The notes: generated by a model not told the origin, from the sequence alone. A stretch of 63,273 nt of DNA, filler included, from Choristocarpus tenellus KU-1152 (GCA_964200185.2; 10 parts of 10 records of this genome joined end to end with filler, not necessarily neighbours in it); one strand, 5' to 3'. Shown: positions 38,054 to 51,333, numbered from the whole stretch's first letter. Program-made: numbers and translations.

Positions 38054-40830
38054 GTTAGGGTTAGGGATAGAAGAACTACTCGTGTTGATGGACCAAATTG
38101 CAACGTACACGTACTTACGCTCTAGACCCTAACCCTAACCCTAACCCTAACCCTAACCCTAACCCTAACTCCTTCATGTATGGGACTAGGGCGCACCTTG
38201 TGCACATAGCATATTCACTCCAGTTAGCTTTTTGCCTAACAAATGAAAGTTTCAATAATGAATTATTCAATATGCAGTCAAGGGTTTTGCAGGAGGGTCC
38301 TAAATAGTCTGACAGATGCATTTCATGTGTTCCAACCCTAACCCTAACCCTACCCAATTCGTTACAGTTGTGATAGCAGGGACTAGATATAACGCTTGCG
38401 GTAATAGGGTTAGGGTTAGGGTTAGGGTTAGGAAGTTTGCTGGGTGGGTGCATTCCAACCTCTCATTGTGACATGCAGTTTTTTTTTATGTTGGTTAGTT
38501 TGTTGCTTTTTGGACTCTATTCCCTCCCCCCTAAGTGTTGGCACTGCTCTTACACGGATAGAGACATACAAAATGAAATTTACATTGAAAGAAATCGTCG
38601 TATGGGTGCCCTTTCAAACTGGGATTACTAACCCTAACCCTAAGTTCTTTCACTCTTTTTTGCCTTTCTGCGATGGCAAGGCCATACTGTGTTGTTGGGA
38701 AGAAGGCATCAATGTATCGAACCAAACCTCACTAGTGCTGGTCCCCGTATTCTGGAGGCGCTGTTGGAAAGTGTTTTTCAATGCCTTCGGTAAAACATTT
38801 TTTTATTCGTTATTGTTAGGGTTAGGGTTAAGGGTGAGGATGGACCGTACCCTGTAATTGTATTTTTGGGTTAGGGTTAGGGTTAGGGTTAGGGTTCATA
38901 AAGATATTTCCATCAAGCAGAGATCTGATTGTAATGTAGTGGTGTAGGTCTGTTCTGTGAAGTGCATGGTGACAATTTTTTCAATTTCTATTATATATCC
39001 CACTTTCAAAGCTGATGTGATATTCGATGCAGAGGCATTAGTGCGGGATCTAGCAGTAGCTACAATAATATTTCTGTCCACAATGTCCGTGAGAGAGTCA
39101 TCCATTGCTTCCCATAGTGTGATGTAATTGTCATGCATGTTTCCTTGTTGGAGGTCAGTGCTGATCAACTATAGCTCTAAACTTTCACCTCTGACGTCAG
39201 GTTTTGGCCCTTCATTTTTTGGTTGCAGATATTGTCACTGCTTTTCTTCTTCATCCAGCCATTGGTGATGCAGTCGCATGCAGTAGGTACAAGTGTGAGC
39301 ACATCTAACGTGTACCGTGAGGTCATAGTTCGAAACGTTTTTGGCACAGCAGGAATTGTTCTGACTTTGATGGCCAGCACCACGTTCACCTTGCTCTATG
39401 AGGAACGATATCGGGTGAGTTAAGAGCTGTGTTGAAATGAAGTTCTTGTGCCATAAGTCCAGAGCAGTAATAAAAATGTATCAGTCAGGAACCTTGGTAA
39501 CTCGCAGTATGAACGCACCTCACCAACAACCTTTGAGTTGAACTATCTGCAGTCTACTACTTTCATTGGTGTGGTCCAGTTTCCTTTTCCATACCGAACA
39601 ATTTCAGAATCTTGGTATCACATTAACATTGATACAAATAACTGTATTTTTGAGGTCAAAGCACTAACCCTAACCCTAACCCTAAGTATTGTAATGTAAT
39701 GTACCAAAACAATTAATTTGAGTATACTCTAAGTCACCTTCTGCAACGTACTTGGCAATAGCTCATGAATGATCAAAGCACAATCTTGATGGGGTGCTGC
39801 TTTAGAACAAGAACTGTTTGCCCCTCCAAGTACAACTTGATGAACGAACACTTCAAGAATCTGATTTGATCAAGACCTTTTCTGCAATGGCATGACCAGC
39901 CTGTCCTGCAGACAAGTACCCCTCAATTCCCACTCCACTCTGATGTTCAAATAGCCATCTTAACATCCCCTAACAGTGTTTTCTGATTGTCGTTTTCCCA
40001 TCCCCACCACCTCCTCAGTTCCAGGCACACACAGGGAGGATACTGTTCTTAATTGACTCTGTCAAGAACTTACTCATCCTTGCATTTACTGAGGTGAGGA
40101 AAGTTTTTGGACATGGGCTTTTGTTGGTGAAATCAGAAGATTTTTTATGTTGAAGTATCCTTCGATGTGACTGGAATTGATTTGGATGGAGTTGGATTGA
40201 GTAGGATGATTGTGCTTGGTAGGTGGTACTCTTCTCCTCCTCACTACAATACTGTGAACCTCCAGTTTGATCCCTTTGGCGTACTCACATATGCCACCCT
40301 TGTGGGTATTGATGTTGATACCATGTTTGTTTATATCTTTGGTACGTGTATATGTTCTGTATTTATCAAAATTGCTCATACATTTTAGGGGGTGATTTTT
40401 ACTGTTCATTGTTTTTTTGGGGTTGAGATAATTGGAATAGTTTATTATCTGTCAGGGTTGCCATGGAAATAGGTGTGTGCTCCAGGGCGTCAAGGTGCAT
40501 ACTGTGCATAATTCCATCCCATTTCTTTAGAATCCTGAATGTTTTCTACAAATAAGTGGTGCCAACATGAGAACTAGTGAGGTTGACTGGGTTAGGGTTA
40601 GGGTTAGGGTTAGTGAGATTGACTGGGGACGAGAAGATTGAGTAATGAGTTATCCCAAGATGACTCAATGCTACATATTTGGTGTTGAAATGTTTTAAGT
40701 GAGGTTTATATTCAATCATATTCCACAATGCTGAACCTTGGAATGACTTTGAAGCCTTGTGGAACTGATTAGGTCAAGTACAGGTTGAGTTTGTGTGGGT
40801 TAGGGTTAGGGTTCTTACCCTAACTCTAAA
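38054..40830. repeat. Cluster of ~10 short interstitial telomeric (TTAGGG/CCCTAA)2-7 tracts in both orientations
   Basis: Tracts at ~38054, 38126, 38334, 38405, 38628, 38816, 38868, 39664, 40589, 40797. Confidence 0.95.
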
Positions 40831-42070
40831 CATATTTTTGAGTGTTTCGTGTTCTTTAAACTCCCGCCAGAGCATTCTTGTTGCAGGTTGTCACACCACT
40901 ATTGGGCTAACACGCCGATCATTCCATCTCAATGAATTTGTACCATCTACGGACAAGATGATATTTTTGAGCTCATGCTTTGGATGATTAGAAACAGCAT
41001 GCATCCTAAGAAGGAGGGAGGACTTATAGGTTCAAGTCCAATGGATCTTTTTGGGTTGATATAGTATCTAGGCTATTCTGCTGTTGAAAATATAATATTT
41101 TGTAACATGAATTCCCCCTATTAATGTTTGCTCTATTTGATGTCTTCAACCTCCCTAATCAGGTCACACATCGCTCAGGCATCAGAGGTTGCATATCGTC
41201 AATGATCAGGTCAATGAAGGCAGGACACAGAGCATCAAACAGTAGAGTTGTCAGCATTGAAACTGATGGTGCTTGCTCTGGGAATTCACCACTATAGAGT
41301 AGCATAGGATGCCTTAGGAGATATTTTTGTATATTGCCACCTTAGTATATGGCACAATCTTAACCCTGACGTAGAGAGAAGTGGGAAAGCTTTTCTGCTT
41401 TTTCTGTGTGTGACTGAGTCTTGTTAGTGGAAGAGGTTGCCACAGTCATTGCCAGCATAGCATGCTCACCCAAATATGGTGTTGCCGAACTATTTAAGGT
41501 AGAAACAATAGAGGGTATTTTGTTTTTGGATAATACTTTCGAAAATGTATGGAATCAGTGTGGAAAATGCATACTTAGTTGATGCTGGCTGTGTGTGTAA
41601 GACTTTATTGGATATCCCAAAGATCGAGTGAATCCCAACACTCAACACTTCCACATACTACAAAGTTGGAATCATGGACAACTAATTTGTTGTGCATTGC
41701 GGTGGGTATGTCATGTGAATATCGAATACTTTGATGCAGTACACTGTGTACTTGAGTTCCAATCCTGCCTCTTAGAGTTGCGTGTAGATGGTTGCAAAGA
41801 GTCAGTGGAACTTGCTCCAAAATCCTGAAGAGCATGTGTACTATTTTCCCTTACTATGTTCATTCTAGGGAACCGAGTGTTGGTAGGTATTTGTGGATAC
41901 ATTGTAGTTGTGAATGCTTCTTCCTGTTCTTGTAAATGTGTGAATTGTGAGACTTTTGCTCCCCTGTCCTTGTATCATATCTTTAGGTGTTGAGTGTTAT
42001 GCCAACCTGCACAGTGCATGTAGGTTGTAGGGGCAGAGCGAATGTGACACTATACAGTATTCAAGGTGTG
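39730..42070 (+). mobile_element. Decayed Helitron Rep (rolling-circle initiator) remnant
   Basis: Plus-strand fragments in canonical order: C..CC-like N-terminus, FSAMGMT, QFDPF, DALG, LFLCVT..W, LRWVCHVNIEY..VHCVL (cf. CHINVE), HSREPSV..WIH (cf. IHxRxPxVxRLxVH); many stops and frameshifts. Confidence 0.7.
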
Positions 42071-42175
42071 TTCAATTTTCTGGTGATTTTAGAACAGACG
42101 CAGCAAGTGCTGGACGAATATTCTTGAACACTTTTTTAGTGCTGGTTGTTTTCTTCTGACAATGATTATGTATGT

Positions 42176-42357
42176 TGCTCAAAGTATCTGGGGGGGGTGG
42201 TGGCTCTCCATTTGGGGTCAATTTTTTCATATCGCGATTTTTGGGTGATTTGGTTGCATGCATCGGATGGATAATGTAAATGTACTTTTCCTGATTTTGG
42301 TCCAAAATGGACACCCTTGTGTAGACCCCCCTCCCCCCCCCCCCCCCCCCCCCCCCC
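42176..42357 (+). mobile_element. MITE family B copy ending in poly-C near contig end
   Basis: Family B left TIR and interior. Confidence 0.9.
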
Positions 42358-42411
42358 GCTTCTTTTTTTACTTAATTTTCGTGTTTTAGTCAGGAAAAAA
42401 AAAAAAAAGAA

Positions 42412-42511
42412 NNNNNNNNNNNNNNNNNNNNNNNNNNNNNNNNNNNNNNNNNNNNTTAATTAATTAANNNNNNNNNNNNNNNNNNNNNNNNNNNNNNNNN
42501 NNNNNNNNNNN
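42412..42511. other. Artificial contig-joining spacer
   Basis: N-TTAATTAATTAA-N, 100 bp. Confidence 0.98.
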
Positions 42512-42590
42512 TATTCTTTGGAAATCACAATTCTCCCCTTTCTTTCTTCCTGGTGGGGTGGGGGGGGGGGGGGGGGGGGTTAAGTGCATT

Positions 42591-45500
42591 TCAGCAACAG
42601 TGGGGTTGACAAAATTGCCATAAATAGCTAAAAAGGTCTAAATCTATCCCTTTCTGAGCTAGGATGGATCTGGCCTCCTTTTGTTCTTTGCGCTTCAGAT
42701 GGAAGTCAACTTCTTCTGTGTAGCGCTGCATGTCAGCAGTCTCCAGCTCATCATACAACTCGAGTTCATTGTTAGGCATCGTCATATCCCTCTCCTTCCA
42801 CCGCCTACTAAATATTTTGCTCATGTTCGACTTGGCCAAATGGGATTCCGATGACAACACCCCAAATGTTTCCTGTACGAGAGACACCAGAAGGCATTGC
42901 AACAAGGATATTTTATCGTGAGAGGAAGTATCTTAGAGGGTACGAGTTTCGCCCTGTTTGTCCTTTTGGGGCTTGGCTCCCATGTTTTTTCTTATAATGA
43001 CTTTTTCCTACTCCAAAATGTTTAGGGTTAGGGTAAAATGTATACGTTATGAAACGATGCGTCCGAAAGAAGAATATTGGAACTTCCTAACAAACATGAT
43101 AGCCAAAATTACATAAAAATATCACAACATTTGGTTTTGACCCCCAAATGGACGCGGCTCTACCGTCTAAGATACTTTTGCTCTGAGCAAGATTTGAGCT
43201 CACAGTGCGCACTGTACATATTTTGTAACAATTTTTTCCTATCAATAATGGCCTGTTTCGTTTATTTTTTCGTTCATTGAAAGAAGAGGGAGCACTTAGG
43301 AGGTCGATACGCTATTTTAATTTTGTGCTCAGCACGAGGCAACAAGCAATGGACTAAACGAGACACTTGGAATCACTGGGCTTTGGTAGAGGGTAAATAT
43401 TATTATTTATTTATTTATTATTATTTATTTGTTGTCGGTAGAAAATAAATCAAAAACACCAAAAATAGGAACAACTAGTGAACATAGTCTTCTTATTAAT
43501 ATTTTCGCGAGAGTGTTTTCCATGCGTCTACTATTGAAACAATCAATAAACGCGAAGGGCAAGGAATATAATCAACCGAAAAGAGCCCTTACCACAATTT
43601 TCATTCATGAACAATTGCACGTTTAATCTACAAACATAATGAACACGTTACATGTTTGGGCATCAGTCGTCGGGACTTGTTTTGATAAATGTGGAGATTC
43701 GTAGGATGCTTTCCTAGCTCCTCACCCTGGGGTGCAGGAATAGGGTTGAGACACAGGAAGGCAGTAGTACAACATAGGTATGTAGTAGCAAAATAGGAAA
43801 TGGATTAACGTTTTTCACTTTCTTGACAACTGTTACATCTTTAGGAATTATTCAGACATGTGAATAGTTTTTATTAGTTCTTCCCCAGGCACATTTGCAA
43901 AATGTCAGAGGGCATAATAAAAATATATGTGAGTAAACAAATAATATTATTCTGATGACACAAAAAGGAACAAAACGACATGCAATGATGTATGTACCTG
44001 GTGAGCAAAGTGCGTATATGCTGGTTTTGGTCTGCTTGGCATAAATGCACACTTGTGACCTTCTGCCTCACTTCCCGGGGGTTGCATGCCTTTGGGGGTA
44101 TTGATCCTGGACAGTGAAACATGGGAAGGTGTGAGATTTCAATAACTCAAGAGGCTGAACCAGTGTGACAATACAAGTAACCATTTCTCCACGAAGCATT
44201 TCTACTTGTCCAATGCACGGAAATCTCTTCCCCAGCAAATAATACTGGAGCTTTATCAACAATTTTGTACTTGTCTCTATGAGGACTCACGTTGGTACAC
44301 TTCGCATGTAGCCCGGTGTTGGTTTGTACGTCTTCATTTCCTGTAGGAAATCACAGTGAAAAAAGTATTGTTGGATTCCAGCTTGAGTGATACAAGAATA
44401 AACACTACCCACAAAGTTAACTTTTGCAAAACAATAAATTACGGGAAGTCTCCCTCATAAACAGCCACAGTGATAGTAATAGGCAACCAATGTGCCAACA
44501 CTGTGATCTGGACAGTTGGAGACGTTCAAATTATGTGAGTAATCAGAAAATGGTGAACGAAGAGAACAACCACAAGCATTGGAGCACCCCCCCCCTATTC
44601 GCATTGAGGCTGATCTTGGAAGTTTGCCACAAATTCCTGATTTCAACATAGTTCTAGCTATCGCTAGACACTTTATTAAGTGGGAAACAATATCATTAAA
44701 GGCTGTTCGATAAGTGGTACACTTAGAAGCGAGCTATGTGGTACAAGGTCAACCATGGTAGATCTGGTGCAGAGCAAGAGCAAGGAACGTCCCCTGATGA
44801 ACCAATGACTGGCATGCCGAATAAACTGTCAGGGCTCAGTTGTAGTCCTGTAATCATCATCAGTGGACGCTTTTTATGGTTTGTGCCTGTAGGAAAGAAA
44901 GCCATGGAACGACTGGGCTTTGATTGACGATGGTGGCATGCCTGAGCGACTGCTGCTGCAGTTGAGGCCCAAGTGCAATCACAATAAGGGATGATTTGAA
45001 CATTGTAGTTTTGACCTCAAATCCATTTCATCAACAAGGTAGCAATTAATGTAGCGCAAAGAAGGGGTTATGGGGGATACTAGCAAGAGAGGGCATTGAG
45101 GAAGCGTGATTGAACAGGGGGCGAATTTTCAGCCGTGAGGTGCTCTCTGAAGATCGCTCCATGGGCTGTATGGTAGATGCAGAATCATCGTTCTGAACTG
45201 GTGAGACGACGATAAGTTCTCCAAGTAGTCTAAGTCTGCGTAGGATAAAGGGACATCTTACAGGTGGAATATATTTTGAATGGCCCGTGCCTTTCCTCCA
45301 CCCAATAATTGCTAAAAAAACCCATCATTTGCACCATATACTTGCACCCTACTATCGCGTTGAGTGATATTCGTAGCATTTTTTCTGTGACTCTAACAAT
45401 TGAATACATTTGAGTGCCTAGTTTCAGTGGTCTTATGAGAAGCCTCTTGAAAAAAATACAACACCTCAGAGTATCAGGCATATATCACAAGGAGAGCCTT

Positions 45501-48500
45501 TTGCAGTAATTGACCGACCATGGTTTGTTTCGGGCGAACAGCGGAAGTATTTATTTCTGCCCTCTAACCGGTGCGAGCAGTGTGCGAGCGTGTGGAACCC
45601 CAAAAGGGAGAACTCTGATTTGCTAAAAGTTGCAGAGTAAGATGTGTAACTTGGGAATGTATGCAACGGTTCTCATATGTATTCAACGTCTGTAAACTGA
45701 AATGTAAATTAAACGGTAAGTGATGTTAAGAGACGCCAAACGGCTCAAGCCCCCACATGGCTCACTCTTAACTGATACCAATTCTCATATTCATGCTTAT
45801 TGGTTCATAAGAGTACCCTTATCTGCTGACTTGATATTCATCATCTTCGTCGGACCTTTGACTGTCAGAGTATCCTGGGAGGCTTGCACAAGCATCAGCA
45901 TCATCTATAGGCCTGTGGATTGGAGCTATACATCCTGTGGAGGTAAGCTTTGGAGTGCATTGTAACAGGTTCTCATGTGTTGAGCGGACAAGTGGGGCTG
46001 ACCACTTTGCCAGGACCGATGATGGAGGATCGGGCAGGGTTGGGTGGCCCCACAGAGTATATTGACATGACCTTGCTCAAGAGGTTGTGCAGAAGGACTG
46101 TCCCTGATTATGCTGTCTGGGATATAGCATGGGATACAAATGCTCGGACCTTACTCCTGGGCTCAGGAGTGTTGCCGTAAAACACAACAGAGTGGTCAGG
46201 GGTTGGGGCTCCTGGGTATACAAGTTCCGGGATAGCACAGTGCTGGCAATTAAAGGCAAAAAATGCACATATTCCAACCCAGATCGCAATCTTTTCTTAG
46301 GCTTTACTTCCGTTTTTCTTGGTACTTTCTGTAAAAAGAGAACCTATGGAGGTGAGCTGAAGCTCTTGCATCGTATGTACATAAACGTTCCACAAATTCT
46401 ACGCTACTTTGCCTGGGTACCACTCTGTTTATAACGATAACAAAAAAAACAGCCTATTATGATGTACACGACTTTTGTCCCTGCCCATTATTCCTGGCAC
46501 TCATTCACACGTCCACTACCGCATCATGCCTTCACCTCCATCCAGTATGTTTTAAGCGATCCACGTCCACAGAGGTCACATCATCTTTTGAGCCCTCATA
46601 TGGAAAAGTAATCTGGGAAGTTTTTCCCTAATGCTCATCCACCCGAACTCCTTAGTAAGGGACGCCCGTGTGATAATGAGTTCATTCATCTGGATTAAAC
46701 TGGAGCTCTTGATTCCATTTCTTCACACTGAACTTACACAAAAAGTTGAAGAGAATGACGATATATGAGTACGATGTCGTGACTAATCACTGCTCAAATT
46801 TTCTTCCTCCCGATTTTGCAAGCGCTTTCAGTGAAAATTCTGTTTTTATTATATTTTGCGGTAATTTACCTTGGATAAATTACAGTAGTATGTCACTGTT
46901 ATACCTGAAATGTGGGGAAAGGATTGACGTCCCTCGAAACCGCAACCTACCATGGAAGAGTTTCCCAACGTCTCTACTTTACCCTTTGAATCAATACTGT
47001 ACCTTACAGTACATAATCATTGTAGTAGTACACCGCCATTTCCGCTGTGAATTCGTTCCATTTGACAATGTTGCGAATTGAAAGCACGACAAGTCAGCGT
47101 GGCCGAAAAAAATTCTACAAATAAATATATATCAATTTAATGATTTTTCCGTAGTTCTGGACCGAACATAAACTACTACGAATTCAATAAAATAAAGGCG
47201 AACACCATTCAGTTTGTCTATTAGATTAGTAATATTGGTAGCCATTCATTGACAATCGAGGGGTTCCCTCTTCCAGCAAAAATGTGAAACAAAAACCTGA
47301 CTGTGGTATCGAGTTAACTTGAACCGCTTAGATGAGCAATTGGCATGTTCATTGGGGAGATAAGAGTTGTCAAACAGGCATTTCTTGTGATCCAATGGAC
47401 GCCATGTACACACTCTACCTGCAAGTAGCGTTGCTTGTCGTTTTCTGCCAGTCTGTAATACAATCGCCTGTTCTCCTCAGTGGTCCGCTTCCACATCTTT
47501 CCTAGTGCCTTGTTTATTTCGTTGTTGTCCTGTTACGGTCAAGAGAATAGATTAAAACACAGTCTATTCGGTTGTGTGTATCCGTCAAAGTGTGTTTGAA
47601 GAGACAGGAAAACTGAATTCCATGAGCATACCTGAACTTCAGGGTGAAAACAGGTATATTCTGCTCTCTTGTCCTGGACAAAGAAGTTGAATGCACTGAT
47701 GTAACCGCGGGGGCAATTTGGATCTTTCTTGGGCAGCTTGGGTGCACGGACCCCGCCATTTTCCCTCCTCAGTGTCGACTTTGAACCATATGTGCGATTT
47801 TTATTCTTGTGCTTCTTGGATACATGGGAGTTGCTGCTTCCACCTCTTGGCAACGACTTTGCACAAGATGAAGAGGGCTTGAGATGGTTGTCACAAATGA
47901 CGACGAAGCCATCTCTCAGAAATTGTGGCGCACCGGTGATGTCAGCAGCCGAAACGTTGTGTAAAATGTGCGCCTTCGTGACTCCTTGACTGCATCTTTC
48001 ATGTATATTCACCTATGAAAATACAGGTTAGAAAATAATTTTTAGTTCGAGAAGTGACTAATTGCGCCTGTGATGCAACCGTCGAATGGCTGCACATATT
48101 ACGAATAGATTGTTGCCAGGAACTGAGGCCTGGATACACACTGATACCAATGTATGGGAAGTAGTCATACTCTTTCAGGGGAAAAGCTGACCTGCTGGGG
48201 AGATATGGAGACCACAGTTGCATGGGTAGAATGGTTTGGCAGTACCACATCATCTTGTAGTTCCTGAAGAAACGAAGAAACAGTCCCATTACCTTCTGTA
48301 CATAGTATCCCTGAGTTCTCTCTGCAAATCAGTGAAAGAGCTGCACTTTCAAAGAGATGTGGGCATCTTGACTCCGGGGCAGTACATCCCCTGAGCAAGA
48401 GGTAGAAAATGTTGTTTGAGCACAAGTGGGAAAACAGGTATTAAGCAAGATATATGATGCAAAATACAGTTAATAGTCAGTCAACATCCGAAAATAGCAG

Positions 48501-49693
48501 CCGACATCTGAGCTTCTACATCAGTTTGAACAAAGCTTGAGGAATTTTCATAGCTTGAGAATGCATATTGATACACAACGCTGCTCTGGTTTTGTGAACC
48601 TGATTTGTGATCCAAATCGGTGAGGAAATGTTAATGTGGATGCCAGAGCTTGATATACTTGGAGTTTTAGCGTGGGTTTGATCACAAGAGCGTGGATTCT
48701 TTTATCTGGTAATATATCCCATTGTAAGTAGAGAAGGATATATCAATTGCAGTTAACATTTCACTCATGGAACCTTGTCAGGTCTTTTCACAGTTACCAA
48801 TCTTGTCGCAGGTACACGCCCTGACTGAGGACACCAAAGGCTACAGTTCCGTCTAACCCATGTCCTTTTCTGATCGCTTGTAGCGTTTGTGGTTGTTGGT
48901 GTTTTCAAGCTCTGACCTTCATCACTTTGGTGTTGTACGTTTGGCAACTTATCAAAGTTTTGAAATATCGTTATGGAGTGCAGAAAAACGGGAATAACCG
49001 AGTGATATTTGAGCCAAGAAAGTTTAGTGGGTATAGCATCTGAGAATTCATCAACGACTGGGGGGGAGGAAATCACCTTCCAATAGGGTTGAAGAGCGGT
49101 AACCGCTCAACTCTGTCGAAACATCCCTCACCTCATCTGGTATACCCCTTGCGGGATGATACCGCAGAAAATCCTTTTCTTGCGTTCCACAACAAGAGCG
49201 GCAGTTCTGACGCCATCGAATGCAAGTATATTCCACCCCATAGCACCCAAACCCAATGGTTCCAAGGCATTCAACCCAGTAAGTACGTCACACACCCCAG
49301 AGAGAAACTGAAGACCTTTCTGTCGCAGCTTATCTACATGAATCGCTGGACTTGCTCTTTTCTCACTCTCAACATACCCAACCCATATCCTGTGAGTTGA
49401 CGATACTCCAATCCAGCCTCTTGTTCCTGTGTGAATTGTATTTGCAGGACGTGATGATTTCGAATATACATGGGCACAAATCGAGACTCTTTGCAGGAGC
49501 AGTTATACTCAATAGCGGGTATCTTCTCACCTTCGGCCGTTTGCAACAATTCCCCGCTTGCTAATGTGGTTCCAGATCCATTAGAAAACGATGACTGTTG
49601 AAGAGATTCACCAGTCCCGACAGCCACAACGACGTTCCCGGGTTGATATATGGGATCTTCGGCAGCGATGACAGCGACGTACATTGAAGACAT
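42591..49693 (-). CDS. HMG-box protein with two HMG boxes; firm exons 47632-48012, 47419-47529, 44291-44340, ~42591-42872; candidate exons 48192-48263, 43204-43252 and others up to ~49693
   Basis: Spliced box 1: KKDPNCPRGYISAFNFFVQDKRAEYTCFHPEVQ|DNNEINKALGKMWKRTTEENRRLYYRLAENDKQRYLQ|EMKTYKP (phase-0 GT-AG introns); box 2 helices: NMSKIFSRRWKE..ELELYDELETADMQRYTEEV. Confidence 0.8.
42922..43183 (-). mobile_element. MITE family A copy in HMG gene intron; TSD TGA
   Basis: TIRs present; TGA on both flanks; internal TTAGGGTTAGGG replacement at 43022-43033. Confidence 0.92.
43850..44270 (-). pseudogene. Ty1/copia RNase H 3' remnant in intron
   Basis: KVTSVHLCQADQ..TLLTRY (cf. KVxVVHVxTxDQHADxLTK); 3' segment shared with ~35630. 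Confidence 0.5.
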
Positions 49694-51127
49694 ACTCTTG
49701 TCACAGGAATCTACAGGTTGAGGGAATAAGACATGTGGAGAGGTTACGGTGCGCTAAAGATGGTTCTATATAGGTGTAGTGTCATCCAAGAAAAGTATGT
49801 TCAGGCGACCGAACGACTTGGTCGTCACTAGAAACATTCGTGACAAACCAGATTATCGGAACACATAGGTCGTTCAGAGGTCCAATAATATTGTGGGAAG
49901 GGTGAGGTGGGTGGTAGTATTTGGAGGAGGAGAACAATTAGCTACACAAAGTACCTGACGGTTCAAGACCTCCAGTTATGGCAGATGCTCAGCAAGTATA
50001 GGGTAGTACGTTTCGGAGGGGTAGAAGGGAGAGCAGTCAGGAGATAGAGGGAAGGACAATCGATTTTGAGTGAAAAATTGCTTCAGAAAGGTGATCCCTT
50101 AGATCGATGTACGGAGGAAGATGGGAGGTTGGACTAGAATTTCTAACATGCGTTCAGTCTAATATTGATCGTGTACTTTGAACAAAGCAGAGTAGGAAAA
50201 CATCACATGTTTTACTCTACATACAAAATATGTATCAGCATATATAGCATAGTATTGTGGTAGATTTGATTCCCATCAGGTTGCCCTCGGTGTCCATTTA
50301 GTGCGTAGGTCATTACTAAACACACCACTATATATTGTATATTTTGAATTTTGAATGGACAAAAAATACAAGGAATAATATTCTCCCACATTATCAAGAG
50401 ATGCGAATAGTACAGTGAGCACAGTAGTACTGTTGGGCAGATTGGGTGTTAATGTGAGTGCCCTTGATGTGTTTAGAGTGTCCTTGGTGTTCCACTTCCG
50501 AATTGCGAAGTATTCTGTAATAAAATAATGTATCCACTGATAGTCCCAGTTTTTTTTTTAACAAAAGAATATTCTCCTTTTCAAATCCAACTTACAGAAG
50601 ATACTATCAATAATATACTGTACCAATAGTAGGGGACAGTGTAGAGGTATAATAATGAGAGTAATACTAGATTTTATGTATGTTAGACCGACCACCCATG
50701 GTGCTCCATATTCATATAAATGCGATTCTCCTACACTATATTATTTACCTACTACCACTCCACAAAATGTCCTCAATTTTCGCGAATGTTAAATTAAGGC
50801 GAATGTTCCCTACATGAAGTTCAGCTTTGGATACTTGACTTTTCCCCACAAAGTATGGTGTCCACTACAATTTTCAACATCCAAGAGAGCAGTCGATTAT
50901 GCACCTGCCTGTTGTTGTACCAGTGAAGAGGTTCCAGTAGTTTGAAATATGGAACACATGTATGTACCTCTACTTTTTTTACCTCAAGAGGTGTCTGGGG
51001 TTGTGATGAAAACAATGTCAAAGAGCGAATCACCATTGTGACTGCGCAAGAGTGTGGGTTTGAATTTTAGTGGAGTAAAGGTCTCATGTCGACCCGTATT
51101 GAATAACGTAAAAGCGGTCGAGCACAA

Positions 51128-51164
51128 GACCCAAAGTATCTGGGAGGGGGAGGGGGGTCTACAC
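51128..51164 (-). mobile_element. MITE family B terminus at contig end
   Basis: GACCCAAAGTATCTGGGAGGGG..TCTACAC. Confidence 0.85.
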
Positions 51165-51264
51165 NNNNNNNNNNNNNNNNNNNNNNNNNNNNNNNNNNNN
51201 NNNNNNNNTTAATTAATTAANNNNNNNNNNNNNNNNNNNNNNNNNNNNNNNNNNNNNNNNNNNN
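51165..51264. other. Artificial contig-joining spacer
   Basis: N-TTAATTAATTAA-N, 100 bp. Confidence 0.98.
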
Positions 51265-51333
51265 CAAAAACGGCGGCATGAAAAAATTGACCCCAAATGG
51301 ACAGCCGCCACACCCCCTCAGATACTTTGGATC
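51265..51333 (-). mobile_element. MITE family B half at contig start
   Basis: GAAAAAATTGACCCCAAATGGACAGCCGCC..CAGATACTTTGG. Confidence 0.88.

Noticed and set aside
38054-40830. True chromosome end
   Set aside because: Tracts are short, in both orientations and embedded mid-contig
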